Shown: positions 25,573 to 38,404 of the stretch, piece by piece
Layout of the letters: each line of letters starts with the position of its first letter
Numbering within the stretch: the first letter of the stretch is position 1
Source: Malacoraja senta
Lineage: Eukaryota
DNA: 64,000 nucleotides
Direction: 5' to 3'
Assembly: GCA_038087875.1 (NCBI GenBank)
Contig: CM075977.1
Location: 368,280,001 to 368,344,000, forward strand
Made by a program: the position numbers and the translations under genes
The notes under the pieces: model-generated
What the model was told of the DNA's origin: nothing
What the model saw: the letters and a program-made list of their open reading frames with translations, nothing else
Database searches by the model: none

Positions 25573-28500
25573 TTAGTTAGTGCCATAAGCCTTGAGTCCA
25601 TAAAATACTCTTGGTTAATTCCCCATGTTTGCAGAAGCAATGTCCATCTGTCTCCACAGCTGGATCTTGTATCAGTAGCACCCTACCCAAGTGCTCTGAC
25701 ATCTGTCTGCAAAATCATGGAAGCTTGGTCCAATAACACTTTCGAACTACTAGTGGACACATGCTGAATCCACCATTGTACATCAGCAACAGCCTCTATT
25801 GATAGAAGCATAGGTCTATTATAATGACCCCAATGTATCCTCAGTGCTTGTTCCTTTGACCTTTGTAATTGTAGATAATAAAGTGGCCACTGTTGGAAAT
25901 GCTGCCAGCAATTTCCCCAGCAGACTCGTCACCTGGCTAATTGAAAGCTGTGTGTCAGCAATTAACTTGATACAGCTCTTAATTAGCTCTACCCTTTTTT
26001 GCCTGGGCAAGGTCACACTGATGTTGATTAAGTCTATTGTGAACCCAACTAGTCAATTTGTGTCACAGGTATTAATTTAGATTTCTCTGGATAGCTTATG
26101 AAGCCCAATTTTTAAAAAAAAGTGGTTTTTACCAACTGCCAATGATGCTTCAGCTGTTTCCTTTGATTGTCCTACAATCAAGATATTATCTAGTTAAGCC
26201 ATGAGCACATGCCCTTGACTTCTCATCATGCCTAGAATAGGTTTTAACAACTTTGTAATTACTCTAGGAGCTGAAGACAAACCATTAGGCAGTGCATTGT
26301 ATTGCCATAATTGCCCCATCCAGCTGAATTTTAAATGTTCTATCTTGCAAATGAACAGACACTGAATCCGGATCTTTAAGATCTCCTCAAGCATTTCCAT
26401 CTTAAAATGTCTATACCGTACAAAAAGGTTTAAGACTATTCAGGTCCAGTATAATTCTGCATCCCCCATCCTTTTTTGGTCTGGGAAAGATATTGGACAC
26501 AAACTGATGGCTTTGGTAAACTGCCTTAGCAATTACACCCTTATTACATAAGCTTGCAAGTTCCACCTGAACATCCAATTGTTCAGTGATACTGAAGTCA
26601 AACTCCTTTTTGGAACATGTTTGCATGGGTAAATCAGAATTTGCATTAAGCGTTATTCGATACCCTTCAATAACCTTCAGTATAAACATATCTGAGGTAT
26701 CACATTAGATCTGTCTACATGAGAACCAGACCCACTTACCTCCTTACCACCTGGCATTCTTCCCCGGCCTCGAGCTGGATATCTCACCTTCCCTGGCGCT
26801 GCTACAGCCGAACGCCAACTGCACAGCATCGTAGCCGGACTCGTCCCTTGCCCGGACCAGTCTCCTCGCTTATAGGGATACTCTTTGGTGGATATGTGGC
26901 TGCTGGCTGCTTAATCAAGCCCACCGTCTTGGCCTCCTCCTCCAGCTCCTTCACCTGCTTTGCGAAATCCTCGCTGTGCCCGTTGCACTGTGCCAGGCTG
27001 GCAGAGTGAAGCATATTTTATGCTGGTGGCAAGTTCCTCACCCAGAGGCTCACCAGAGTCCGACGACATGGCAAACCGTGCTGCACACGGTGTCAGCTCT
27101 GGCAGCTGCCTGCCCTCCCTTTGGAAGTCGTCGTCGGACTCAGGGTCAGAGCGTATCTGCCCTTCTGCACTCACCTCTTGCAAAGAGGGTGCTTTCAAGC
27201 AGGCCTCTAATAGGCACTGCCGGCGGAGCCTTCCCGACAGCCTCCCGCCCTCACAACTCCTCCTGGAGTGTGGCTTTGTGAAGCAGGCCTCTCCTAGGCA
27301 CTGCCGGCAGAGCCGTCCCCACGGCCTCCCGCCTGCATAACTCCTCCTGGAGTGTGGCTTTGTGGAGCAGCCCCTGTATGCGCTGCTCCTTTTGGATAAC
27401 TGCTGGGGCACGGTATCCTGTCCCCGACGGGACTCTCCTGGCCCGACTCTGCGGAGTCAATGGCCATGACAGACTTGGCTTATGCCTACCGCCCGACTGT
27501 CATTGGCTGTGTACCCGGCTGGGCACTTTGCCAAGTCTGTCCCCACACCGCTACCGGCTTGCGACTCCCCAGAGGTCACAGGCTGCCTTTCAGAGACTGC
27601 GCTATCGCAGCTCTCTCTCTCCTTGTCCGTAGCAGGCCTGCACCTTGATGATTTTTTTACTTGTTCCTGTATTGTGTGGGGAAAAACATACAGCAACAAT
27701 TTTCTACTTTTTTCTAACTCCTCCAAAGTCTCCCCGACTTTGGTGGAGCTGTAACTACTCACCTGCAGGAGGAGCTCCGTCCTCCTGCTGCCGTTCGCGC
27801 CAATGCGTCAGACGTAATGACGCCCATGCACCCTGACGGGTCTTCTTCACGTAGTCACTCACATGACTACGAAGTAAAATCAGGCTCCCACAGTCTGAAA
27901 GGAGTATTAAATGTGACTTGGCATGTAATGCCTTAAAATGTATCTGTTTGCAAAGGAGACAGGGATTTATATACCCACAAGATCAGTAATAATTTGAATA
28001 TACTTTATATTGGTCCTGTTCGTGTCACTAGCGGTGAAAGAAAGTATCTTGCCCAGAGTACGGGGAATAGAGAACCAGAGGCAATAGGTTTATGGTGAGG
28101 GGGGAAAGAATTAATAGAAACCTGTTGAGGTGGCTATTTCACACAAAGGTGTATGGAACGAGCTGCCGGAGGAGATAGTTGAGGCAAAAAGTATCACAAC
28201 ATTTAAGAAACATTTGTACAGATAAATGCTTTGGACAGGTTTAGAGGGATATGGGCTAAACATAGGCAGGGGGACTAGTGTAGATGGTACATGTTGGTCG
28301 GTGTGGGCACGTTAGGCCGAAGAGCCTGTTTCCACGTTATATATGACTCTAAAAGTGCTTATTACAGTGCTGGTTGCACACACAGATTTTGTGGAGTTTT
28401 AAGACGAGATTTCCTGTCTGATCGAGTGCAGATAAGAGTAAGGCTCTTCCAATTAGATGGGAATATTCTTACTGAGGCGGACACAGTCCAAACCAGAATT

Positions 28501-30424
28501 TATTAAATTCAAGTCATGTCCATATAATGCCAATTCATTTAGTAGGCTCTTCACCTCTGATTAATTTTGTCATAATGCGTGCTCACTGAAACATTTCAAA
28601 CACAAGCAATGGTATGTAGAACACAACCCAGTAGGTCAGGCAGGATCTGAGGCGGACATAGAAAAGCGATGTTTCATGTATTTTTTAGTAACGTATAAGA
28701 AGGAACTGCAATGCTGGTTTATACCAAAGATAGACACAAAATGCTGGAGTAACACAGGCAGTATCACTGGAGAAAAGGAATAGGTGATGTTTCGGGTCGA
28801 GATCCTTTGAGGCTCTGAGTCAGGGAGGGGGACACTAGACGACCAGGTAAAAATGCCAACTTGTCGACAACACTACATACAAATGAGCTCCTATAATATT
28901 ATTAAATGCACAAATATACAAAAACTTTTAAGGTGAGGGGGGGGAGATTTAAAATGAACCTTTACATGAATAGGACAGGTTTGGAGGGATATGGAGCAAA
29001 TGCTGGCAGGTGAGTCTTGTGTAGCTGGGACATGTTGGCCGCTGTGAGCAAGTAGGGCTGAAGGACCTGTTTCCACACTTTATCACTCTATGACCTGAGC
29101 GGTAACTTTATTTACACAAAGGTTGGTGAGTGTATGGAACGAGCTGCTGGAAGAGGAAGTTGAGGCAGGTACTATCATAACACTTAAGAGGCATTTGAAC
29201 AGGTACACGGATATGATAAGTTTAGAGGCTTCTGGGACAAGCTCGGGCATGTGGGACTAGTGTAGATGGGGCATGTTGGTCAGTTGGGCCGGTGTCCATG
29301 CTGAATGTCTCTATGACTCTCTATAAACCCAAGGTATTTACATAATTCTTTCCTCCAAATGACAGAATTAGTTTCCTCCATCCACTTTTAGCATTGGCTC
29401 TTTCTCATCAGTCTGATATGGTTTTGATGCTATCATTACAATACAGTGGAGGTTTGGTTACCACATTGAGTGATTTTTGTATATCTTCCTACGAGTGGAC
29501 AAAATTGACATGAAATTACATAAAAGTATGAATTTAATTGTTTCCTTTTTCAGTAGATATGACGATTAAACAATTTTGAAAAACAGAACACATTTGTTAC
29601 CCACAAAAGGCCTATGTACACTTAATTTCAGAGCAGAGATAAGTGAATTGCTTGCCACTCTCCTTAAAAAAAACCTTGAAGTAGCAATTAGTGATCACAA
29701 CTAAAATTGAAGCTACAGTTTAGAAGATAAAATAAAAACTGCGGGAAAGCAAAAAAAATCATAAGAGAGATAAAAGTCAAATATGTAAATCCAGGAAAGC
29801 CTACATCTGTACAATGGAAAGCATTATAAGGGCAGCACGGTGGTGCAGTCGTAGAACCCGGGTTCGATCCTAACTACGGATACTGTCTGTGCTGGGTTTA
29901 TACATTCTCCCTGTGACCACATGGCTGTTCTGGTTTCCTAGCACATTCCAAAAATGTGCAGGTTTGTAGGTTAATTGGCTTCTGTAAATTACCCCAAGTG
30001 TGCAGGATGCGAAACTGGGATAACACAGGGCTTGTGTACAGGTGATCAGTGGTCAGCATGGACTCAGGGGGCTGACGGGCCTGTTTGCATGCTGTATCTC
30101 TAGAGACTCAAAACCTAAAGAAGAAAAATAGCAAGAGTTCAAAGCCAATGCATTCCTGCAAGGGTAAAGGCCGGGGGTACCAAGTAGCAAGATCCCTGGA
30201 TATTGAGGGATATTGTGAATTGAGTAAAGAGAAAAAGATAGAGGAGAAAAAATGGACGTGGGGGGACACACTTAAAAATGAAGGAAGTAAGGTTAATGAG
30301 GGGGGTTACAAAAACTAACTTGCAGATAGGATTAATGTAAATGGAAAGGTGTTCTCTAAGTATATTAAGGGCAACATAATTTCCAGCTTATAGGTAGAGT
30401 CTAGTGGAGACAACATGGCCAATC

Positions 30425-32575
30425 TGAAAATAGACACAAAAAGATGGAGTAACTCAGCAGAGCAGGCAGCATGTCTGGAGTGAAGGAATGGGTAACGTTT
30501 TGGGTCGAGACCCTTCTTCAGACTAGTTAGGGAAAAGGGAAACGAGTGAAATAGACAATGATGTAGAGAGATAAGAACAATGAATGAAAGCTATGCAAAA
30601 AAGTAATGATGATCAAGGAAACAGGCCTTTGTTAGCTGTTTGTTGGGTGAAAACGAGAAGCTGGGTGGGGGAGGGATAGAGAGAGGGGGAATGCCAGGGT
30701 TACTTGAAGTTAGAGAAATCAATATCATACCACTAGGCTGTAAGCTGCCCAAGCTAAATATGAAATGCTGTTCGTCCAATTTGCATTTAGCCTCTGACAA
30801 TGGAGGCGATCTAGGGCAGAAAATTCAGTGTGGGAATGGGAAGGAGAATTAATGTGTTTAGCAACCGGGAGATCAGGTAGATTCAGGTGGACTGAGTGAA
30901 GGTGTTCAATGAATCGATCGCCCAGTCTACGTTTGGTCTCGCCGATGTATGAGTCCACATCTTGAACAACGGATACAGTAGATGAGGTTGGAAAAGGTGT
31001 AATTGAACCTCTGCCTAAACTGAAAAGACTGTTGGGGTCCCTGGACAGTCAAGGAAGGAGGTATAGGGACAGGTGTTGCATCTCCTGCAGTTGCAGGGGA
31101 AGGTACCTGAGGAAGGGGTGGTTTATAACCATATAACCATATAACCATAACAGCACGGAAACAGGCCATCTCGGCCCTTCAAGTCCGTGCCGAACATTTT
31201 AAATTTTATTTTTATATTTTATTTTTTTTATTTTAAATTAAAAATAAATACTTCCCCCTAGTCCCATCTACCTGCACTCAGACCATAACCCTCCATTCCT
31301 TTCCCGTCCATATACCCATCCAATCTATTTTTAAAGGATAACATCGAACCTGCCTCCACCACTTCCACTGGAAGCTCATTCCACACAGCTACCACTCTCT
31401 GAGTAAAGAAGTTCCCCCTAATGTTCCCCCTGTCCCTTAATTCTCAAGTCATGTCCCCTTGCTTGAATCTTCCCTACTCTCAATGGGAAAAGCTTATCCA
31501 CGTCCACTCTGTCTAACCCGCTCATAATTTTAAAGACCTCTATCAAGTCCCCTCTTAACCTTCTGCGCTCCAAAGAATAAAGACCTAACTTGTTCAACCT
31601 TTCTCTGTAACTTAGTTGCTGAAACCCAGGCAACATTCTAGTAAATCTCCTCTGTACTCTCTCTATTTTGTTGACATCCTTCCTATAATTAGGCGACCAA
31701 AATTGTACTCCATACTCCAGAATTGGCCTCACCAATGCCTTGTACAATTTTAACATTACATCCCAACTTCTATATTCAATGCTCTGATTTATAAAGGCTA
31801 GCACACCAAAAGCTTTCTTTACCACCCTATCTACATGAGATTCCACCTTCAGGGAACTATGCACAGTTATTCCTAGATCCCTCTGTTCAACTGTATTCCT
31901 CAATTCGCTACCATTTACCGTGTACGTCCTATTTTGATTTGTCCTGCCGAGATGTAGCACCTCACATTTGTCAGCATTAAACTCCATCTGCCATCTTTCA
32001 GCCCACTCTTCCAAATGGCCTAAATCTCTCTGTAGACTTTGAAAATCTACTTCATTATCCACAACACCACCTATCTTAGTATCATCTGCATACTTACTAA
32101 TCCAATTTTCCACACCTTCATCCAGATCATTGATGTACATGATTTGGGTGGAAAGGGATGAGTTGCGGAGGGAACGGACTCTATGGTAGGTGGAAAGGGG
32201 TGGAGATGGGAAGGTGTGAATCCCGTTGGAGGTGGCGAAAATGTTGGAGGATTATGTGTTATATGCGACGGCTGATGGGGTGGAAGGTAAGGACTAGGGG
32301 GACTCTGTCTCTGTTGCGACTAGGGGGAGGGGGAGCAAGGGTGAAGCTGCGACCAAATAGACACGAGTGAGAGCCTCATCTATGATGGGAGAGGGGATCC
32401 CCCATTCGCTAAAGAATGAGGACATCTCGGTATGTCCTGGTATGGAACACCTCATCTTAGGCCCAAATGCAGCGTAGATGGAAGAATTGGGAGTAGGGGA
32501 GAGTCTTTGCAGGAAGTAGGGTGGGAAAAAGTGTAGTCGAGACAGTTGTAGGAGTCAGTGGGTTTGTAATGGAAT
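30425..32575 (-). mobile_element. Penelope-like element 3' part (GIY-YIG endonuclease plus pLTR), split by a CR1 insertion
   Basis: NLIYCIRCSRCG..YIGETKRRLGDRFIEH; pLTR with a hammerhead-like motif at ~30492-30523. The PLE sequence resumes at ~32143. Confidence 0.85.
31124..32141 (-). mobile_element. Young CR1 LINE insertion, 5'-truncated
   Basis: 240-aa uninterrupted ORF with YADDTK and LYKALVRPILEYGVQFW, and a (TATGGTTA)n tail. Confidence 0.9.
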
Positions 32576-33658
32576 ATGGAGACAGAAGGTAGAAGTGAGA
32601 TCCTAAAATGAATACTTTAATCAGTTTTCATGAAGGAAACAGACTTTGCAGTTGAATAATTCAGTACAGGGGTAGATGAAAGTTGGGTTCCAGTCTCCAT
32701 AAATAAACCAGAAGTACTCAATGCCATAGTTGTAGTAGCCATTTAGGTGGATAAAAGGTCACTAACTTCCCGATCTCTGTACTCTCTCATTATTGTTTGT
32801 GATTCATTATAGTGGTATCAAACGTGTAGATGGATTTAGAGCCACATTTGGCTGTACACTCAATGTATAGGGAATATAGTAGGGAACTGAGATGCATCCT
32901 TGCTGGGCACCGGTATTGAGAATTATTGTGCATGAGGGGGCTGAGATTTTTCAATGATTTACAAACTTTTTGCCTGGACTTCATGTCCTGAGTTGTTGGG
33001 AGAGGTTGGGAAGGTACCCGGACGTGGCGCCGACAGACGAGAAGCCGAAGCAAAGAAGTCGAAGTCAAAGAACCAAATGGAAACGAGGCCAAAACGCCTA
33101 AGAACCGAAAGAGTACGAAGCTGAAACGCCAACAAACCGAAAGGGTGGGACGCTTAAATGCTAACCAACCGAAAGGACGGGATGCCTAAAAGCCAACTAA
33201 CCGAAAAGCTGCGTCGCCTAAAAGCAAACTCACCGAATGGCGCTCTGTCGAAATACCACCTATCTGAAAGGCGGTGTTGCATACAAGCCAACGAACCGAC
33301 TGCCGCTCAACAGAAAAGTCAAATAACAGACATGACGTTCCCGGGGGCCGGGACCTGTCAGCGATTGGTCCAGACCCCCACGTCCATCACATCATTGTGG
33401 AGGGGTGAACATTGTCCCACACCTCCGCTCCACCCAATCCACAGCCCGCGGAGGGTGGCCGTGAGAGAGTGGGGGATGTCCCGAGGGATGCGCACCTTCG
33501 GCCGCTTACTTGGTGCTTGGGTACAGATTGCCCAGTCAACTATGGCTTGTGTGGAAAAATGACCACCACGCTCCCGTCTCCCCCTTCTCTCTCCTCTCTT
33601 CTCTCCCTCCTCCTTCTCTCTCTCCCTTCTCTCTCTCCTCTCTCTCTCTCCCCATCCT

Positions 33659-33931
33659 NNNNNNNNNNNNNNNNNNNNNNNNNNNNNNNNNNNNNNNNNN
33701 NNNNNNNNNNNNNNNNNNNNNNNNNNNNNNNNNNNNNNNNNNNNNNNNNNNNNNNNNNNNNNNNNNNNNNNNNNNNNNNNNNNNNNNNNNNNNNNNNNNN
33801 NNNNNNNNNNNNNNNNNNNNNNNNNNNNNNNNNNNNNNNNNNNNNNNNNNNNNNNNNNNNNNNNNNNNNNNNNNNNNNNNNNNNNNNNNNNNNNNNNNNN
33901 NNNNNNNNNNNNNNNNNNNNNNNNNNNNNNN
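33659..33931. other. Assembly gap (273 N) within a CT-rich tract
   Basis: Run of N. Confidence 1.
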
Positions 33932-34453
33932 CTTCTCTCTCTCCCTTCTCTATTTCTCTCCCCTTTTTTCTCTCTCCCCCTCTCTCTCCCTTCTTTCTCT
34001 CCTCTCTCTCTCCCCCAATCTCTCCCTCCCCCACTTATGTAGAGCGGCTATGCAAGTTGAGAAAACTGGCACTGATAGCAATGATAGACACAAAATGCTG
34101 GAGTGACTCAGTGGGACAGGCAGCATATCTAGAGAGAAGGAATAGATGGTGTTTTGTGTCGAGACTCTTCAGACAGTCTTCAGTTCTAAAGAATTGTCTC
34201 AACACGAAACGTCACCCGTTCCTTCTCTCCAGAGATGCTGCCTGTTTCACTGAGTTACTCCAGCTTTTTGTGTCCATCTTCGGTTAAAACAGTTTACTGA
34301 TTCTGGTGTATTGTGCGTGGGAACTTGCTGTGTGCGTTCTGAGGGAGAGTGGGGGCTGTCCCGTGGGATGCGCACCTTTGGCCGCTTACTACTTGGTGCT
34401 TGGGTTCAGATTGCCCAGTCACCTATGGCTTGTGTGGAAAAATGACCCCCATG

Positions 34454-35193
34454 TACTGTTTTTAATTGTGTATATGTGGGGGGCGGGGGGGGGAGGGGGA
34501 AACTTTGGACCTTTTCCCTGTCGGGTCTCCGTTGTCGTTGGCGCCTAGCTCCGTGGAGCGGCCTCCGACCGGGACGACCTGGGGGCTCCAGTCGCGGAGT
34601 CTGCGGAGCTGCGGACTTACCATCGTGGGGCTGGCCGGCCTCGGAGTGTGAGGAGCGGTGGTGGCTCGCTGCTGCGGCCCGACTCCGGAGCTCCAGCTGC
34701 AGCTGCAGACCCGTGGACTGTGACATCGGGAGCTCGCGGGTCCGGTTGAGAGACCGCTTTCCGGTGCTCCCGCAACGCAACTTCTCCCGCCCGTGTCGCG
34801 GGGTTGGGACGACCCGGAGCGGGGCCGTAAATCGCCCGGCGCGGCTTTAATGGCCGCGGGACATTCCAGCGCCCGCCGGGGGCTCCAACTTGGTGACTTT
34901 TGGGCCCGGAGCGAGGCTGTACACCGCCCGGCGCAGCCTCAACGGCCGTGGGACTTAACATTCCCCGCCTGGGGCTTCAACATCGGGAGAAAAGTGGTGC
35001 AGGGGAGAGAAAGGACTTTGCCTTCCATCACAGTGAGGAGGAGATTCACTGTGATGGATGTTTTTCTGTAAATTGAATTGTTTGTGTGTCGTGTAGGAAT
35101 TGTTTTGTTTGTATGGCTGTGGAAATGGAATTTCGTTTGAGCCTCTTTGAGGTTCAAATGACAATAAAATCTAATCAATCAATCAATCAATCA
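34454..35193 (+). mobile_element. GC-rich non-coding retroposon, copy 2 (5'-truncated)
   Basis: Matches 2785-3511, has an (AATC)n tail, and is flanked by atg/atg inside a foldback subunit. Confidence 0.75.
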
Positions 35194-37864
35194 ATGCTCC
35201 CGTCTCCCCTTCTCTCTCCCCTTGTATCTCTCTCCCCCCTCTTTGTTCTCCCCCTCTCCCTTCTCTCTCCCCTTCTCTCCCTCCTCCTCTCCCTCCCCTC
35301 CTCTCTCTCCCCCCCTCTCCCTCCCCTCTTCTCTCTCTCCCCCTCTCTCTCCCCTCTTCTCTCTCTCCCCCTTCTCTCTCCTCCACCCTCTCTCACCCCA
35401 CCTCTCTCCCCTCTTCTCTCTCCCCCCCTCTCTCCCTTCTCTCCTCCTCTCTCTCTCTCTCCCCTCTCTCTCCCTCTCCTCTCCTCTCTCTCTCTCTCCC
35501 CCTCCCCTCTCTCTCCCCCCATCTTTCTCACCTCTCTCTCCCCTTCTCTCTTTCTCTCCACTCTTCTCTCCCCATTCTCTCTCCCTTCTCTCTCTGTCCC
35601 CCTTCTCTCTCTCCTCTCTATCCACCTCCTCTCTCTCTCCCCCTCTCTCGCGCATTCTCTCTTTCTCTCCCCTTCTCTCTCTCCTCTGTCTCCTCTGGTG
35701 GGAAGGTGGGGGGTCACTTTCCCACACAAGCCATAGGTGACTGGGCAATCTCTGGAGTAAAGGAATAGATGACGTTTCGTGTCGAGACCATTCTTCAGAT
35801 CTGAAGACTGTCTGAAGAGTCTCGACCTGAAACGCCACCCATTCCTTCTCTCCAGAGATGCTGCCTGTCCCACTGAGTCACTCCAGCATTTTGTGTCTAT
35901 CTTTGCTGTCAAGTTTTCTCAACTTTCATAGCCGCTCTGCATGTGGGGGAGAGAGAGAAGGGGGGGAGAGAGAGAGAAGGGAGAGAGAAAGGGAAGGGGG
36001 GGAGTGAAATGGGGAGAGAGAGAGAGAAGGGAGAGAGAGGTGGGGAGAGAAAGAGAGAAGGGGAGAGAGAGAAGGGAGATAGAGGGGGAGAGAGAGGGGG
36101 AGAGAGAGAAGAGGGGAGAGAAAGAGAGAAGGGGAGAGAGAGAGGGGAAGAGAGAGAGGAGGCGGAGAGGGAGGAGGAGAGAGAGAAAGGAGGGAGAGAG
36201 GGGAGAGAGAAGACGGGAGAGAAAGAGAGAAGGGGATAGAAGGGAGAGGGGGGAGAGAGAGGAGGGGGGAGAGAGGAGGAGAGAGAGGAGGAAAGAGAGG
36301 GGGAGAGAGGGGAGGGGGAGAGAGAGAAGGGGATAGAGAGAAGGGGAGAGAGAGAGAGAAGGGAGAGAGAGAGGGGGGGAGAGAGAAGAGGGGAGAGAAA
36401 AGGGGGAGACGGGAGCATGGGAGTCATTTTCCCACACAAGCCGTAGGTGACTGGGCAATCTGAACCCAAGCACCAAATTATAAGCGGCCGAGGTGCGCAT
36501 CCCTTGGAACAGCCCCCACTCACCCACGGCCACCCTCCGCGCGGGATGTGGATTGGGTGGAGCAGAGGTGTGTGACAATGTTCATCCCTCCACAGTCATG
36601 TCATGGACCCGGGGGTCTGGACCAATCGCTGACAAGTCCCGCCCCCTGGCAATGTCATGGCCGTTATTTGAATTTTCTGTGGAGCGGAATTCGGTTTGTT
36701 GGCTTGTAGGCGACGACGCCTTTCGGGTAGGTGGTGTTTCGACAGAGTGCCATTCGGTGAGTTTGCTTTTAGGCGATGCAGCTTTTCGGTTAGTGGGTTT
36801 TTAGGCATCCGCCCTTTCGGTTAGTTTGCATTTAGGCCTCCCATCCTTTCGGTTAGTCGGCGTTTTGGCTTTGTACTCTTTCGGTTATTTGACGTTTCGG
36901 CCTCGTTTCCATTCGGTTATTTGGCTTTGACTTCTTTGTTTCGGCTTCTCATCCGTCGGCGCCACGTCCGCACATGGTTGGAAAAGCTATTATGCTTTTA
37001 ATTTATATCTGGAAAATGAAGCTTGCTTATTGATCTCAAACTTTTTAAGATCCCCTTGATACCAGGCCTCAAGGTTGGGTTAATTATTTTTAAATGTTTC
37101 ACCCCATGCAACATGATAATGGAGCAAATGCTAATTTCATACCAATAATTTAACTCAGATTGCTGGCCTTCATTTATTTTTCCAACATATGCATACAACT
37201 TTGAATTATCATCAACCTGCAAAAAAGAATCTAATGCTACTGTGGGACCTTAATGTGTATAGATTGTTATTGTGCTTGCTTACCTAATGAAGGGGAGTGA
37301 ACATTATTGTAATTTAGTTTGGTTTAGAGATACAATGCAGAAACAGGGCCTTCAGCCCACTGAGTCTGCACCGACGATCCCTGCACATTAACACTATCCT
37401 ACACACACTAGGACCAATTTTACATTTATACAAGCCAATTAACCTACAAACCTGTACGTCTTTGGAGTGTGGGAGGAAACTGAAGATCTTGGATAAACCC
37501 ACGCTGTCACGGGGAAAATGTACAAACTCCATACAGACTGCGCGCATAGTCGTGATCGAACCCGGGTCTCCGGCGCTGCAAGTGCTATAAGGCAACAACT
37601 CTACTGCTGTGCCACCGTGCCTTGTCCCTCATTAAATCCATGGTTAGGGCAAGAAAGATTGAAACACCTACATGTGACTCTCTTTTTCCATGGAAGTGAG
37701 GATCTTACTCGCACTAACATTATTCATAGAGGGATACAGTGTGGAAACAGGCCTTTTGGCCCAACTTGCCCACACCGGCCAACAATGTCCCAATTACACT
37801 AGTCCCACTTCCCTGCACTTGGTCCATATCTCTCCAAATCTGTCATATCCATGTACCTGTCTAA

Positions 37865-38129
37865 AGGGCCTGTCCCACTTTTCCGAGTCCTGTACCGAGT
37901 TGAAAGGACCTTAAAAAAAAATCCTCCCTCCCGACTATCTTTTTACTCGTGGACTTTTTTGTCATGCTGGAAAAAAACATCCCGACTTACCTAATGCCCT
38001 GAGTACCTACGGCTGGCATAACGAGCCGCTACGATATATCTACGGACTCCTACGGACATTCTCCGAGTTTGAATCAAGGGGAAAACTCGGGAGAATTTGT
38101 GAGTAACTCGGGAATGTGGGACTGGCCCT
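37865..38129. mobile_element. PIF/Harbinger-type MITE (265 bp)
   Basis: TIR AGGGCCTGTCCCAC...GTGGGACTGGCCCT with an exact TAA TSD; the host repeat rejoins as gtcTAActg. Confidence 0.85.
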
Positions 38130-38404
38130 TAACTGTCTCTTAAACGTTGGGATAGTCCCAGCCTCAACTACCTCCTCTGGCAGCTTGTTCCATACACCCA
38201 CTATCCTTTGTATGAAAAGGTTACCCCTTAGTAATGCAAACTATGTTATTTCTGTTGATTGTTGATGCAAATCGCCCAGTGTACCTTTTTTCCAATCTTG
38301 TTAAATACATTTTCAAATATATCACCTAATGGAAAGAATACAAAGTTATTTAAGTAACAATGCCCATGTTCTGTTAAACATAAGAGAACCAACAGAGTTC
38401 ATTG

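Larger units (their letters stand above)
23277..27880 (-). mobile_element. Full-length decayed DIRS1-type tyrosine-recombinase retrotransposon
   Basis: Order on the - strand: gag-like (~26750-27760), RT (IILDLNSL; ALPNGLSSAPRV; *LDN for YLDD), RNase H (IDNTTAV), MT-like (DAFSLNW..YIFPPF), YR (HSTS..AAGWKNELVFQQYY). Non-identical ITRs plus an internal complementary region at 23507-23618. Confidence 0.93.
33019..36970. mobile_element. Foldback-type non-autonomous DNA element with ~1.2-kb inverted arms
   Basis: 33019-~34240 is the reverse complement of ~35750-36970 (termini CGGACGTGGCGCCGAC). ~30-bp subterminal repeats contain AACCGAAA. Candidate 9-bp TSD ggttgggaa/ggttggaaa. Confidence 0.75.

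Noticed and set aside
29611-29712. AID/APOBEC-like look of - strand SGKQFTYLCSEIK, and a loose resemblance of the nested-gene peptide to lamprey CDA1
   Set aside because: A stop follows immediately, and no HxE or PCxxC motif is present. The two readings use different frames and are mutually exclusive. It would need an HMM hit to be credible.
29830-29890. tRNA gene
   Set aside because: It is a deleted tRNA-derived SINE head continuous with the SINE body, and no cloverleaf forms.
33412-36578. Long Leu/Ser/Pro and Glu/Arg/Gly ORFs
   Set aside because: These are translations of CT/GA low-complexity tracts and an N gap within the foldback element.
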